Shown here piece by piece: positions 53,429 through 64,000 of a stretch of 64,000 nt of DNA. How positions within the stretch are numbered: the stretch's first letter is position 1; each line of letters opens with the position of its first letter. A program made the translations under genes and the position numbers. This DNA comes from an uncultured Acidobacteriota bacterium (GTDB taxonomy: Bacteria > Acidobacteriota > Thermoanaerobaculia > UBA5066), in the NCBI GenBank assembly GCA_963839295.1, contig CAWIUK010000003.1, forward strand, positions 66,407 to 130,406, in the 5' to 3' direction. The notes under the pieces are model-generated. The model ran no database searches, was not told where the DNA came from, and saw only the letters and a program-made list of their open reading frames with translations.

Positions 53429-54175
53429 ATGCCCGTTCTGGCCGTACTCGTCCGGACGCACAACCCCGGCAACCTCGGCGCCGCCGCCCGCGCGGCGAAG
53501 AACTTCGGGGCGGAGCTGCTGCTCGTCGACCCGCGCGCGGACGCCCTGCATCCCGACGCCGTCGCGTTTTCATCCGGCGCAGAAGATTTTCTTAGAAAGG
53601 TGAAGACCCTCGCCACGGTGGAGGATCTCGGCGCCCGAGCGGACTTCGTGGTCGCCCTGACGTCGCTGCGGGGACGACGCACGAGAGGGCTGCCGCCTCC
53701 CACCTCATCCGAAGAAATCTTCCGGTCTCTTCGGTCCCGCGCCCGCCGGCGCGTCGCGCTCGTGTTCGGCCCGGAGCGCGGGGGGCTGACGACGGACGAG
53801 CTGCAGGCGTGTGACGCCCGCCTCCGCATCGCGACTCGCCCGGAATTCCCGACGCTGAACCTGGCGCAATCGGTCGGAATCGCGCTGGCGCTTCTTTCAC
53901 CATTCGAAGAATCTTCGCGCCGAAGGCGCGCTGCGGCGCCACCCGACGAGATGCCTGCACCCACGAAAGACCTGCGCCGTCTCCTTTCTTCACTCAAAGA
54001 AACGCTCTCTTCGGCCGGTTACCCGGGCCGGGGCCACTCCCGCGAGGTGATCGCCGAGATCGAGTCGTTCGTGAAGCGGGGGAAGCCGACGGCGCGGGAG
54101 GTGACGCTCCTCCTCGGCGCGCTCGCCGCTCTGCGCCGCGGGCTCGGGATCAGCCCTTCGAGGCCTCGAGCCTGA
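53429..54175 (+). CDS. SpoU/TrmH-family RNA 2'-O-methyltransferase (TrmJ-like)
   Basis: 248 aa from MPVLAVLVRTHNPGNLGAAARAAKNFG. LVFGPERGGLT and LNLAQSVGIALA motifs. Confidence 0.85.
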   Translation: MPVLAVLVRTHNPGNLGAAARAAKNFGAELLLVDPRADALHPDAVAFSSGAEDFLRKVKTLATVEDLGARADFVVALTSLRGRRTRGLPPPTSSEEIFRSLRSRARRRVALVFGPERGGLTTDELQACDARLRIATRPEFPTLNLAQSVGIALALLSPFEESSRRRRAAAPPDEMPAPTKDLRRLLSSLKETLSSAGYPGRGHSREVIAEIESFVKRGKPTAREVTLLLGALAALRRGLGISPSRPRA

Positions 54176-54377
54176 ACCGGAGGGCACCCGACGGGCAGCG
54201 TTTCACCTGCTCGACGACCTCGTCGGCGGGAGCGCCGGCCAGGTTCACCCAGGGGCGCTTGCTGACGTCGAAGACGTCGAAGAGGCCCCGGACGCAGTTT
54301 CCGGAGTGCGTGCAGACGCGTGGATCGAACGTCACGGTGAGTCCGCCCTTCGCGTAATGCTGAACCGGATCTTTCAT
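54150..54377 (-). CDS. divergent 4Fe-4S mono-cluster (Fer4_19/DUF1271-like) protein
   Basis: 75 aa from MKDPVQHYAKGGLTVTFDPRVCTHSGNCVRG...CPSGALRF. Only the C-terminal tail of the 445-aa track ORF is coding-like. Confidence 0.7.
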   Translation of the reverse strand: MKDPVQHYAKGGLTVTFDPRVCTHSGNCVRGLFDVFDVSKRPWVNLAGAPADEVVEQVKRCPSGALRFRLEASKG

Positions 54378-54488
54378 GAGTCTGATTCTCTCTCGTGGCG
54401 CCCCAGGACCGGTCTTCGGCGCGCCGGGGCCATGCGGCGCCCTTGCCCTTGCCCGGGCGCCGGACCATCTTGGCGGGACGAAAGGAGC

Positions 54489-55331
54489 ATGAGAATGAAG
54501 AAGCTCGCCTCCGTCCTTCTGCCCGCCGCCCTCCTGGCCGTGGCCCTCCCGGCCCCGGCCCTGTCGGTCACGGCCGTTTCCCTCTCGGTCTCGCCCGCCG
54601 CGAGCAAGGGTCCCTGCCCGGTGGAATTCACGTTCACGGGCAAGGTCGTCCTCAACGGCCGGGGCAATTTCACGTACAAGTGGGAGCGCGGCGACGGCGC
54701 GATCGACTCGACCGCCCCGCATACGGCCACCTACGACGGCGTCAATCCGGCGATCGTCAAGACGACGTGGACGCTCGGGGCCGCGATCCCGTTGTTCCAT
54801 CCGTACGACCCCGCGAAGAGCACGCAGACGCTTCATATCCTGACGCCCACGAACGCCTCGAAGACGGCGCGCTTCCACCTCGACTGCGGCGGCGGCAACC
54901 CGACGGGCGGACCCGGCGGCAACCCGAACGGGCCGCCGACCGCGCGCTGCGACGGCAAGCCCGACCTCGTCCCGCTGCTCCATTCGCCGATGGACGGCTG
55001 GGTGGGCGTCAAGAACATCGGCATGGGCAGTGCGGGCCCGAGCGTCCTCCTGATCAAGTGCGTGAAGGAAGGCCACACGGGCCCCGGCGGCGGCTGCGTC
55101 GACGTTCCGGCGGCTCTGATCACCCCTCCGTTCTTCGCGGGCCCCGACGCACTGGGCGTGCGGGTGCCGGAACTCGCCTGCGGGAAGGAGTTCGTCGCCA
55201 CGATGCCGTGGTGGGCGAACATGGTCTGGCCGAAGGGCACGTACCACTTCACCGCGACCGCCGACGCGACGAACGCCGTCGCGGAGAGCAACGAAGCCAA
55301 CAACGTCACGACGTCGACGATGACCCGATAG
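54489..55331 (+). CDS. secreted protein: N-terminal 'GPCP' Ig-like module plus C-terminal CARDB-like module
   Basis: 280 aa from MRMKKLASVLLPAALLAVALPAPA (AAAGGAG RBS). The N-terminal ~110 aa are paralogous to 55511..56368. C-terminal ...TATADATNAVAESNEANN resembles a CARDB ending. Confidence 0.7.
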   Translation: MRMKKLASVLLPAALLAVALPAPALSVTAVSLSVSPAASKGPCPVEFTFTGKVVLNGRGNFTYKWERGDGAIDSTAPHTATYDGVNPAIVKTTWTLGAAIPLFHPYDPAKSTQTLHILTPTNASKTARFHLDCGGGNPTGGPGGNPNGPPTARCDGKPDLVPLLHSPMDGWVGVKNIGMGSAGPSVLLIKCVKEGHTGPGGGCVDVPAALITPPFFAGPDALGVRVPELACGKEFVATMPWWANMVWPKGTYHFTATADATNAVAESNEANNVTTSTMTR

Positions 55332-55341
55332 GGGCCACCCG

Positions 55342-55367
55342 GCGCCCCCCGGCCTCCCGGGGGGCGC
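55342..55367 (+). terminator. strong GC hairpin after the secreted-protein gene
   Basis: Perfect 11-bp stem GCGCCCCCCGG / CCGGGGGGCGC with a 4-nt loop CCTC, followed by TTG. Lies 11 nt after the stop codon. Confidence 0.5.
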
Positions 55368-55510
55368 TTGGGGAGGGCCTCGGTTTCCCGGTGCAGGCTC
55401 GGGAACGAAGCCTCTGGCGCTCCGGGGCCGCTCTTCGGCGCGGGTGGACCACGTATCTCCGTTGATCCCCGTTCTCAACGGGCGCATTTTCTCGGTCCAG
55501 GAGGATCCCT

Positions 55511-56368
55511 ATGAGCGTCCGACGTCTCCTCGCCCTCGCCGCGTGCGCGGCGGCATCCCTCGCCGCGGGGCCGGCCATCGCCCTCAGCGTCTCGGCCGTC
55601 ACGGTCCAGGTCGATCCGGGCGAGAGCCACGGCCCGTGCCCGGCCACGATCTCGGTCCGCGGCAAGGTGCTGCTGAACGGGCGGGGGACGTTCACCTACA
55701 GGTGGGAGCGCAGCGACGGCGCGGTCGACACGGCGATCCATCCTCCGGCTCAGAACGACGGCCGCGACGCGACGCTCGTCACGACGTCCTGGACGCTCGG
55801 CACCGTGTCCGCGGCCTACCACCCTTACCACGGGTGGGTGAGGCTTCACGTCCTCACGCCGACCGACAAGACTTCGGACGGCGGCACGTTCACGCTCGAC
55901 TGCGGCGCGCTGATCGGGCCAGTCAAGGGCCTCGGCGTCGCGGGCCGGCCGACGCTTCCCGCGGGCGTCACGCCGTCCCTCGCGAGGCCGGTCTTCGACG
56001 TGCCCGTCCTCCTCCTGCCCGCGTTGATCCCGGCCGCGTTCCGCGGCCTCGGCGGGAACACCCTGCCGCCCGGACCCTGCGACGTCGAGCTGCGCCAGCA
56101 GCCGGGCTCCGAAGCGATCCTCATCGGCCTCCTGCGCGGCGGAAAGCGGGTGGGCGAGGCGTCGGGCAGGTTCGTGCCCGGCGGCGCCACGAAGATGGAC
56201 GACTGGGAGGCGCGCGCGCGCCAGAACCCGAACGAGATCCACTTCGACGGCTCGAGCAAGGTCGGCTTCGAGGTCGGTGGATTGGGACGGATCTCGTGCA
56301 GCAACAACCTGTATCGCGGCGGAAACCCGGGCTCGATCGAGTTCCTGCTGCCCGCCGTCCAGAAGTGA
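55511..56368 (+). CDS. secreted protein, paralogue of the 54489..55331 N-terminal module
   Basis: 285 aa. Signal peptide MSVRRLLALAACAAASLAAGPAIA. Shared module: GPCP...GKVxLNGRGxFTYxWERxDGAxD...TxWTLG...LHxLTPT...LDCG. Confidence 0.7.
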   Translation: MSVRRLLALAACAAASLAAGPAIALSVSAVTVQVDPGESHGPCPATISVRGKVLLNGRGTFTYRWERSDGAVDTAIHPPAQNDGRDATLVTTSWTLGTVSAAYHPYHGWVRLHVLTPTDKTSDGGTFTLDCGALIGPVKGLGVAGRPTLPAGVTPSLARPVFDVPVLLLPALIPAAFRGLGGNTLPPGPCDVELRQQPGSEAILIGLLRGGKRVGEASGRFVPGGATKMDDWEARARQNPNEIHFDGSSKVGFEVGGLGRISCSNNLYRGGNPGSIEFLLPAVQK

Positions 56369-56416
56369 GCGCTGCGAGCGCGTAAAGACCGTCAGCCGGT
56401 CGTGAGGAGGTTGCCC

Positions 56417-57187
56417 ATGGCGCGTCGCGGAATCGTCCCCCTGCTTCTTCTCCTCCTCGCGGCCGACGCCCGCGCCCAGCTCACGTGCACGCCCGCGCGC
56501 CTCGCGGCCGGCGCCGAGATCCGGATCGGGAGCCCGGGCGCGTTCGGCGGCGCGCCGTCGGCCGAAGTCGCCCTCACGTACCGCAACACGGCGGGCGGCG
56601 GTTCCGCGAGGTTCGGCCCCGCCCGCTCGTGGACCTCGCGCGAGGTCGCGTTCCTCCTCCCCGCGGGCCTCGCGAACGGCGTCTACGAGGTCGTCCTCTC
56701 GTCGCCCGCGGGCGCGCTGCGCAACCCGGCGTGCTTCACGATAGGACCGCCGATCGTGGCCGTTACGGTCGCCCGCGCTCCCGTCGGCGTCGCGCCGAGC
56801 GCCTCGGTCTTCTCCGTGACGTCGCCCGACAAGCCCTGCCTCGGCAATGCGACTCTGAACATCACGGGAATGGGCTTTCAGCCCGGCACCGAGGTCGCGT
56901 CCTACGCCGTAAGCCATCCGCCCGCCGGAACTCTCCGGGAGGTCACGTCGCCGGGGGACGGCCCGCTGGCCCCGGTGTGGCGACACGGGATCACGATGCT
57001 CGAGGCGACCGCGGACGGTCCGTACGCGAACGATTACTGGACGAACCTCATCTACACGCTTCGGATCACCGGCCCGGCCTCGATGCAGGCCACGATGCCG
57101 AAGTGCTTCGTCCTGGAGCACGGCGCGAAACTGCGTGTCTGGTTTCCCGACGGCACGAGGAGCGCCTGGGTACCCTTTACTCCCTGA
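56417..57187 (+). CDS. secreted hypothetical protein (Ig/IPT-like)
   Basis: 256 aa from MARRGIVPLLLLLLAADARA (GAGGAGG RBS 6 nt upstream). Confidence 0.6.
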   Translation: MARRGIVPLLLLLLAADARAQLTCTPARLAAGAEIRIGSPGAFGGAPSAEVALTYRNTAGGGSARFGPARSWTSREVAFLLPAGLANGVYEVVLSSPAGALRNPACFTIGPPIVAVTVARAPVGVAPSASVFSVTSPDKPCLGNATLNITGMGFQPGTEVASYAVSHPPAGTLREVTSPGDGPLAPVWRHGITMLEATADGPYANDYWTNLIYTLRITGPASMQATMPKCFVLEHGAKLRVWFPDGTRSAWVPFTP

Positions 57188-57210
57188 AGAAACCGGCGGC
57201 GGCGCGTCGG

Positions 57211-59127
<1,917 letters not shown>

Positions 59128-59270
59128 GAGGCGGGCAGAGGGTGCGGCGAAACGCGCGCCGGGTCAAGCGGGGGCGGCCGGGCCCCTCTCGACGCAGGCG
59201 CGTGTTGTCTGAGCGAAGCGAGTTCACGCGCCAAGGAGACGGGGGGCCCGGCCGACTACCGCTATCGTTG

Positions 59271-60275
59271 GTGTCCGTGTCCGCCCTTCTCGCCCGCGCG
59301 TTCGACTTCGCCCTCCTCGTCCTCGACCGGACGGGCGCGGGGGCGCGCCTCGCGGCGCTGCCGCTCTTTCCCGCGCCGATGCCGCTCGCGTCGCGCGCCG
59401 CGTGGGCGCTCGCGGTCCTCGGCGCCTCCGTTCTCCTCTTCTACTCCTCGCTCGCGGCCGGGCCCGACCGCCGTGTCGCCGCGTTCCGCGTCGTGACGCT
59501 CCTTGCCGCCGGCCTCCTCCCGGTCCTCGCCGCGCGACTCGTGCCGGCGGGTCTCGCGCGCCCGTTCGGCGGCGCCGTCCTCGCGGGCACGTTCGCCGCC
59601 GGCTTCGTCCACCGCACGCTCGCGCGCCGCCGGAGGGAGAGCGCGGCCTCGCGCGCCCTCGAGGCGACGCGCTGGGCGCTCGAAATCGTCGGGATCGCGC
59701 TCTTCCTCGCCGCGGCCGTCGCCTTCGTCTCGGAGGGCCGCGTCCCCGGCGCCGCCGCGATCTGGGGGCTCCTGTGCCTGCGCCTCTCGATCGCCGACCT
59801 CCTCGACCCCTCGCGCCTCGCGAAAGAGTCGGGCCTCAGCGCGAGCGCGGCGAAGGACCTGAAGGCGGCGAAGAGCGGCCGCGCGCGCCCCGCCCACCGC
59901 GGGCGGCGGCTCGTCACGGGGCTCGCGAAGCTCGTGCTCGCCGTCCTCTGGGTCTTCCTGCCGCTCCTCGCGGCGGTCGCGCCCGGCGAGGTCGCGCGCG
60001 GCGAGTGGCCGCCCACGGCGCGATTTCTCGCGCTCTACCCCGCGGCCGCCCTCTGCCTGACGGGCCTCCTCCTCCTCGCGGGCGCGGCGCGGCGCCTCGC
60101 GACGAGCCCTCTCGAGGCCGCGCGCGGCGCGATCGTCGGCGCGGGCACGCTCGCGTGGCTCTGGCTCGTCTTCGGCCGCGCGTCCGCGGGTGCAGCGGTC
60201 TCCGCGCTGCCGGGCCTTTACGCGGCCGAGACGCTCGCGGGCTTTCTCTTCGGCGCCGCCGCGCGCGGGCGTTGA
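59271..60275 (+). CDS. polytopic membrane protein, unknown function
   Basis: About 334 aa, Ala/Leu-rich with multiple hydrophobic helices. Competing frames are Arg-rich shadows. Start uncertain (GTG 59271 or ATG 59379). Confidence 0.45.
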   Translation: MSVSALLARAFDFALLVLDRTGAGARLAALPLFPAPMPLASRAAWALAVLGASVLLFYSSLAAGPDRRVAAFRVVTLLAAGLLPVLAARLVPAGLARPFGGAVLAGTFAAGFVHRTLARRRRESAASRALEATRWALEIVGIALFLAAAVAFVSEGRVPGAAAIWGLLCLRLSIADLLDPSRLAKESGLSASAAKDLKAAKSGRARPAHRGRRLVTGLAKLVLAVLWVFLPLLAAVAPGEVARGEWPPTARFLALYPAAALCLTGLLLLAGAARRLATSPLEAARGAIVGAGTLAWLWLVFGRASAGAAVSALPGLYAAETLAGFLFGAAARGR

Positions 60276-60298
60276 AGCTTCCGACGTAACATCTCCGG

Positions 60299-61678
60299 AT
60301 GCCCGACAACGCCTCCGGTCGCGAAGCCCCGGTGCTCGCGCGCCGCATCGGCCTCTGGAGCGCCGTCGCCGTCGTGATCGGCTCGACGATCGGCTCCGGG
60401 ATCTTCCGCTCGCCCGCCGGCATCGCCGACAAGCTGCCCGGCCCGCTTCCGATGCTCGCCGTGTGGGCGGCCGGCGGCGTCTTCGCGCTCTGCGGCGCGC
60501 TCACGCTCGCCGAGGTCGCGAGCGCGCTTCCCGAGACGGGCGGCATGTACGTCTTCTGCCGCGACGGCTGGGGCCGGCTCGCGGGGTTTCTCTTCGGGTG
60601 GGGGCAGTTCTCGATGATCCGCGCGGCGTCGCTCGGCGCCATCTCGATCACGTTCTCGGAGTACTTCTTCCGCGTCACGGGCCAGAACCCGCAGGCGCCC
60701 GACAAGGTCATGGCCGTGCGCTGGTTCGCCGCGTTCGCGATCGCGCTCACGGCGGGCTTCAACATCCTCGGCGTCCGCTTCGCGTCCAACGTGAGCAACG
60801 TGACGGTCCTCGCGAAGTACGGCGGGCTCGTCTTCATCGTCCTCGTCGCGCTCTTCGTCGGGCTCCCGAAAACGGGCGGGTTCTTCGCTCCTGCGGTCCC
60901 CGCCGGCAGCTTCCATGTCGCGGCGTTCGGCCTCGCGCTCGTCTCGACGCTCTGGGCGTTCGACGGCTGGGCCGACCTCGCTTACAACGCCGGCGAGGTG
61001 AAGGACCCGCAGAAGAACCTCCCGCGCGCGCTCATCGGCGGGACTCTTCTCGTCGTCGCGATCTACCTCGCCGCGAACGTCGCGTACCTCGCGGTGCTCC
61101 CGATCGAGAAGATCCGCATCTCGAAGCTCGTCGCGGCCGACGCCGCCGAGGTCGTTCTCGGGACGGCGGGCGCGGCTCTCGTCTCCGTCATGGTCATGGT
61201 CTCCACGTTCGGGACGCTCAACACCGTTCTTTTCACGAGCCCGCGCGTCTTCTTCGCGATGGCCGCCGACCGCCTGTTCTTCCGGCCCGTGGCGTCCGTC
61301 CATCCGCGCTTCGGGACGCCGTGGATCTCGATCTCGATGACGGCCGGCCTCGGCATCGTCTTCGTCCTCCTGCGCAATTTCGAGCAGCTCGCGGACGCGT
61401 TCGTGACCGCGTTCCTGCCGTTCTACGCGCTCGCGGTCGCGTCGATCTTCCGGCTGCGGAAGAAGCCCGGCTACGCGCCGACGTTCCGCGTCCCGCTCTA
61501 CCCCGTCCTGCCGATCGTCTTCCTCGTGTCCGTGCTCTACCTGCTCGGCAACGCGGTCGTCCAGCCCGAGAGCCGCTGGTCGACCCTCGCGGTCCTCGGC
61601 GTCGTCGCGGCGGGCGTGCCGGTCTACTACCTGACGGTGGGGCGGCCGGGCCGGTCTCTCACCGGAACCAGCCGCTGA
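60299..61678 (+). CDS. APC-superfamily amino-acid permease
   Basis: 459 aa with 12 TM helices. N-terminal GLWSAVAVVIGSTIGSGIFRSP signature. Confidence 0.9.
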   Translation: MPDNASGREAPVLARRIGLWSAVAVVIGSTIGSGIFRSPAGIADKLPGPLPMLAVWAAGGVFALCGALTLAEVASALPETGGMYVFCRDGWGRLAGFLFGWGQFSMIRAASLGAISITFSEYFFRVTGQNPQAPDKVMAVRWFAAFAIALTAGFNILGVRFASNVSNVTVLAKYGGLVFIVLVALFVGLPKTGGFFAPAVPAGSFHVAAFGLALVSTLWAFDGWADLAYNAGEVKDPQKNLPRALIGGTLLVVAIYLAANVAYLAVLPIEKIRISKLVAADAAEVVLGTAGAALVSVMVMVSTFGTLNTVLFTSPRVFFAMAADRLFFRPVASVHPRFGTPWISISMTAGLGIVFVLLRNFEQLADAFVTAFLPFYALAVASIFRLRKKPGYAPTFRVPLYPVLPIVFLVSVLYLLGNAVVQPESRWSTLAVLGVVAAGVPVYYLTVGRPGRSLTGTSR

Positions 61679-63848
61679 CGTCCACGACGAGGTTCACCGT
61701 CCCCGAGGGCTGGGCGCAACGGACGAGGACGTCCCCGGCCGAACCCAGGGCGACGAACGCGTTGTTCGCGCGCGTCTGCCCCGCTCCGTAGGAGATCGTC
61801 GTCGCGCTCGTGAGGACGGCTCCCGCCGGCCGGAAGCTCAGCGCGCCGGCCGCCGACGGAGACGCGACGGTGACGTTCACGGCGAGAGAGCGAGCGTCGG
61901 ACGGCACGCCGCAACGCCCCGCGAGCGTGAACAGGCGGTCCGTGCTCGCGACGAGAGCGGGAGCGCCATCCGGGCCGGACGGCCCGCGCGTGTCGAGGAG
62001 GCGGCACGGGGTCACCGTCGAGAAGGACGATCCGGGCACGGGCGGCGGCGGCGCGACGCGTCCGACCGCCGCGACCTTGAACTCCGTGAACCAGACGTCC
62101 CCGTCGGGGCCCGCGGCGATCCCGAGCGGGCCGGAATCCGCCGTCGGGATCAGGAACTCCGTGACGGCGCCCGAGGTCGTGATGCGCCCGATCCGGTTCG
62201 CGTCGAACTCCGTGAACCAGAGCGCGCCGTCGGGCCCCTGCGCGATCGCGAAGCTCCGCGTCGTCGCGGGAAGGAGGAACTCCGTGAACGCCCCGGAGGG
62301 CGTCAGGCGCGCGATCCGGCTCGCGCCGGACTCCGCCACCCAGAGGTTGCCGTCGGGGCCGGCCGCGATCCCCGTCGGGCTGCCACCCGCCGTCGGAACG
62401 GGGAACTCCGTGACGACGCCGGCGAGGGTGATCCGCCCGATCTTGTTCGCGGACGTCTCGGTGAACCAGAGCGCCGCGTCGGGCCCCGCCGCGATGCCCT
62501 GCGGACTGCTGCTCGCCGTCGGGATCGGGAACTCCGTGAGGACGCCCGCGGTCGTGAGGCGGCCGATCCTGTTCGGGGTCTCCGTGAACCAGAGGGCGCC
62601 GTCCGGACCCGCCGTGATTCCCTCCGGGTTGCCGGAGACCGGAAAATGCGTCAGCGCGCCCGCCGTCGTGAGCCGGCCGACCCGGCTCCCGGTCGACTCG
62701 GCGATCCAGAGCGCCCCGTCGGGTCCCGCCGCGATGCCGTGCGGACTGCTGACGAGGCCCACGGCCCAGCTCGTGATCGCTCCCGCCGTCGTCGCGCGGC
62801 CGATCCGGTCGCCCACCGCGAACCAGAGCGCGCCGTCCGGGCCGGCCGCGATGTGATACGGCAGTGCGCCCGCGGGAAGCGGGAACTCGCGGTCCACCTC
62901 GGGGGGCGGATCCTCGCCGATCGCATACCGGCCGACCTTGCCCGTCCGGAACTCCGTGAACCAGAGGTTTCCGTCCGGCCCCGCCGCGATGCCGTAGGCC
63001 CCGGCGTCCGACGTCGGCACGAGGGCCTCCCAGATCGTGCCGCCCGTCGTGATGCGGCCGATCCTGTTCGCGTCGAACTCCGTGAACCACAGGGCGCCGT
63101 CGGGCCCCGCCGCAAGGTCGAACGCGCGCGTCGTCGCAGGCAGGGGAAACTCGGTGACGACGCCCGCCGTCGTGATGCGGCCGATCGCGCCCGCGTTCGA
63201 CTCCGTGAACCAGAGCGCCCCGTCCGCGCCAGCCGCGATTCCGAACGGGCCCGACGGGCCCGTCGGCGTCGGAAACTCGGTCACGACGCCCGCCGTCGTG
63301 ATCCGCCCGATCCTGTTCCCGCTGAACTCGGCGAACCAGAGCGCGCCGTCCGGACCCGCCGCGATTCCCGCGGGACCGCTGTTCGCCGAGAGGATCGGGA
63401 ACTCCGTGAATCCGCCCGCCGCCGTGAGGCGCCCGATCTTGTTGCTCGCCTCCGTGAACCACAGCGCCCCGTCCGGGCCGACCGCGATCTGCTGCGGGCC
63501 GCCCGGCGCCGGGAAATGCGTGAGAGCGCCCGCCGTCGTCAGGCGTCCGATCGCCGCCGACTCCGTGAACCAGAGCGCCCCGTCCGGGCCGAGGACGATG
63601 CCCTGCGGGTTGCTCACCGCCCCGACCGCGAGATCCGCGATGACGCCACCCGTCGTGATGCGCCCGATCCGGTCGACCTCCGTGAACCAGAGGGCGCCGT
63701 CCGGCCCGGCGGTGATCTGGTTCGGAAGGCGGCTCGCCGAGAGGGGAAACTCGAGGATGGCCTCCGCCGGGAGCGCCGCGGCCAGGGAGAGACCCGCAAG
63801 AGCGGCGAGAGCCGCGGAGATCCACGCGGAGTGCCGGCGCCCGTCCAT
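61659..63848 (-). CDS. secreted Vgb (virginiamycin B lyase)-like double 7-bladed beta-propeller with a C-terminal TPCRxxDTR module
   Basis: 729 aa. Signal peptide. 14 repeats centred on GPDGALWFTE. C-terminal ~120 aa are homologous to the N-terminal module of the DUF1800 protein. Confidence 0.85.
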   Translation of the reverse strand: MDGRRHSAWISAALAALAGLSLAAALPAEAILEFPLSASRLPNQITAGPDGALWFTEVDRIGRITTGGVIADLAVGAVSNPQGIVLGPDGALWFTESAAIGRLTTAGALTHFPAPGGPQQIAVGPDGALWFTEASNKIGRLTAAGGFTEFPILSANSGPAGIAAGPDGALWFAEFSGNRIGRITTAGVVTEFPTPTGPSGPFGIAAGADGALWFTESNAGAIGRITTAGVVTEFPLPATTRAFDLAAGPDGALWFTEFDANRIGRITTGGTIWEALVPTSDAGAYGIAAGPDGNLWFTEFRTGKVGRYAIGEDPPPEVDREFPLPAGALPYHIAAGPDGALWFAVGDRIGRATTAGAITSWAVGLVSSPHGIAAGPDGALWIAESTGSRVGRLTTAGALTHFPVSGNPEGITAGPDGALWFTETPNRIGRLTTAGVLTEFPIPTASSSPQGIAAGPDAALWFTETSANKIGRITLAGVVTEFPVPTAGGSPTGIAAGPDGNLWVAESGASRIARLTPSGAFTEFLLPATTRSFAIAQGPDGALWFTEFDANRIGRITTSGAVTEFLIPTADSGPLGIAAGPDGDVWFTEFKVAAVGRVAPPPPVPGSSFSTVTPCRLLDTRGPSGPDGAPALVASTDRLFTLAGRCGVPSDARSLAVNVTVASPSAAGALSFRPAGAVLTSATTISYGAGQTRANNAFVALGSAGDVLVRCAQPSGTVNLVVDVSGWFR
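62012..63758 (-). repeat. 14 tandem coding repeats of about 125 bp (propeller blades), organised as a 7+7 duplication
   Basis: 1747 nt over 14 blades gives about 125 nt per unit. Blade k resembles blade k+7, for example LPATTRAFDLAAGPDGALWFTEFDANRIGRITTGG versus LPATTRSFAIAQGPDGALWFTEFDANRIGRITTSG. Confidence 0.85.
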
Positions 63849-63957
63849 GGTCAGTCCGCCATTTTCTCCCGCCTCGGCTGCGGGTGAGGAAGGGCCGGGA
63901 TCACGGGATTTCGAGACTTGAACCAGTTAATTAATCATGTTCTCTCGAAGGAGAACC

Positions 63958-64000
63958 ATGATGCAGCCGAATCAGGAGAGCCGGAGTCCGAAAGGCGTTG
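63958..64000 (+). CDS. 5' end of an unidentified gene (truncated by the window end)
   Basis: AAGGAGAA RBS followed by ATGATG at 63958/63961. Only 14 codons are visible. Confidence 0.3.
   Translation, partial: MMQPNQESRSPKGV

Noticed and set aside
54150-55487. A 445-aa minus-strand ORF overlapping the secreted-protein gene
   Set aside because: Only the last 75 codons (MKDPVQHYAKGG...) form a recognisable 4Fe-4S mono-cluster protein. The upstream part is Arg-rich and antisense to a gene with a signal peptide and a good RBS.
62012-63758. Regular ~125-bp periodicity, considered as a CRISPR array or non-coding tandem repeat
   Set aside because: The units are contiguous, without unique spacers. 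They lie in a single long ORF and encode propeller blades. The variation is at the protein-blade level.

Overview
About 70% GC bacterial chromosomal segment. Gene content (DUF1800/DUF1501 pair, Vgb-like propellers, many Sec/TAT-secreted Ig-like proteins, TTG/GTG starts) looks Acidobacteriota- or Myxococcota-like, but the taxon cannot be fixed from sequence alone. I support about 60 protein genes. I recognised no rRNA, tRNA, CRISPR array, transposase or integrase. Most long ORFs in the track are high-GC shadow ORFs (Arg/Asp/Glu/Pro-rich, out of frame or antisense to recognisable genes). Housekeeping content: acyl-CoA synthetase, OPT transporter, malate synthase, GDP-fucose synthase, ATP-dependent DNA ligase, glnA, two ALDH-family genes, deoC, carA, DAHP synthase, a MeaB-epimerase fusion, a type IIA topoisomerase B subunit and an APC permease. 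The centrepiece is a group-1 Hyb-type [NiFe] uptake hydrogenase operon (hybO-A-B-C-D plus a coupled 4-TM ORF, 38.2-44.2 kb, minus strand). It is divergent from an 8-gene, start/stop-overlapping operon: hypF-C-D-E-A-B, a TAT/lipoprotein Rieske protein and a His-rich membrane transporter (44.3-51.2 kb). Next to it lies a sensor island: an FhlA-like sigma-54 activator with two GAF domains, a small membrane protein, a stand-alone globin, and an SDR fused to a globin-like helical domain. Other points worth a second look: an ALDH-fold protein lacking the catalytic domain, in an operon with a Cys-rich Fe-S protein and a HAD hydrolase. A radical-SAM-like enzyme has a CX10CX2C motif and is preceded by a 67-aa ORF. 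A ~125-aa 'TPCRxxDTR' module is shared by the DUF1800 protein and a 14-blade Vgb-like double propeller. Two tandem secreted paralogues are followed by a third secreted protein. At least six single-base indels (DUF1800, deoC, three compensating ones in a LolE-like permease, and the sigma-54 activator) break or scramble conserved genes. These most likely reflect consensus errors at short homopolymers, but pseudogenisation cannot be excluded without reads. I found no clear, self-contained novel system such as a defence island. The candidates above are ranked honestly as moderate interest.
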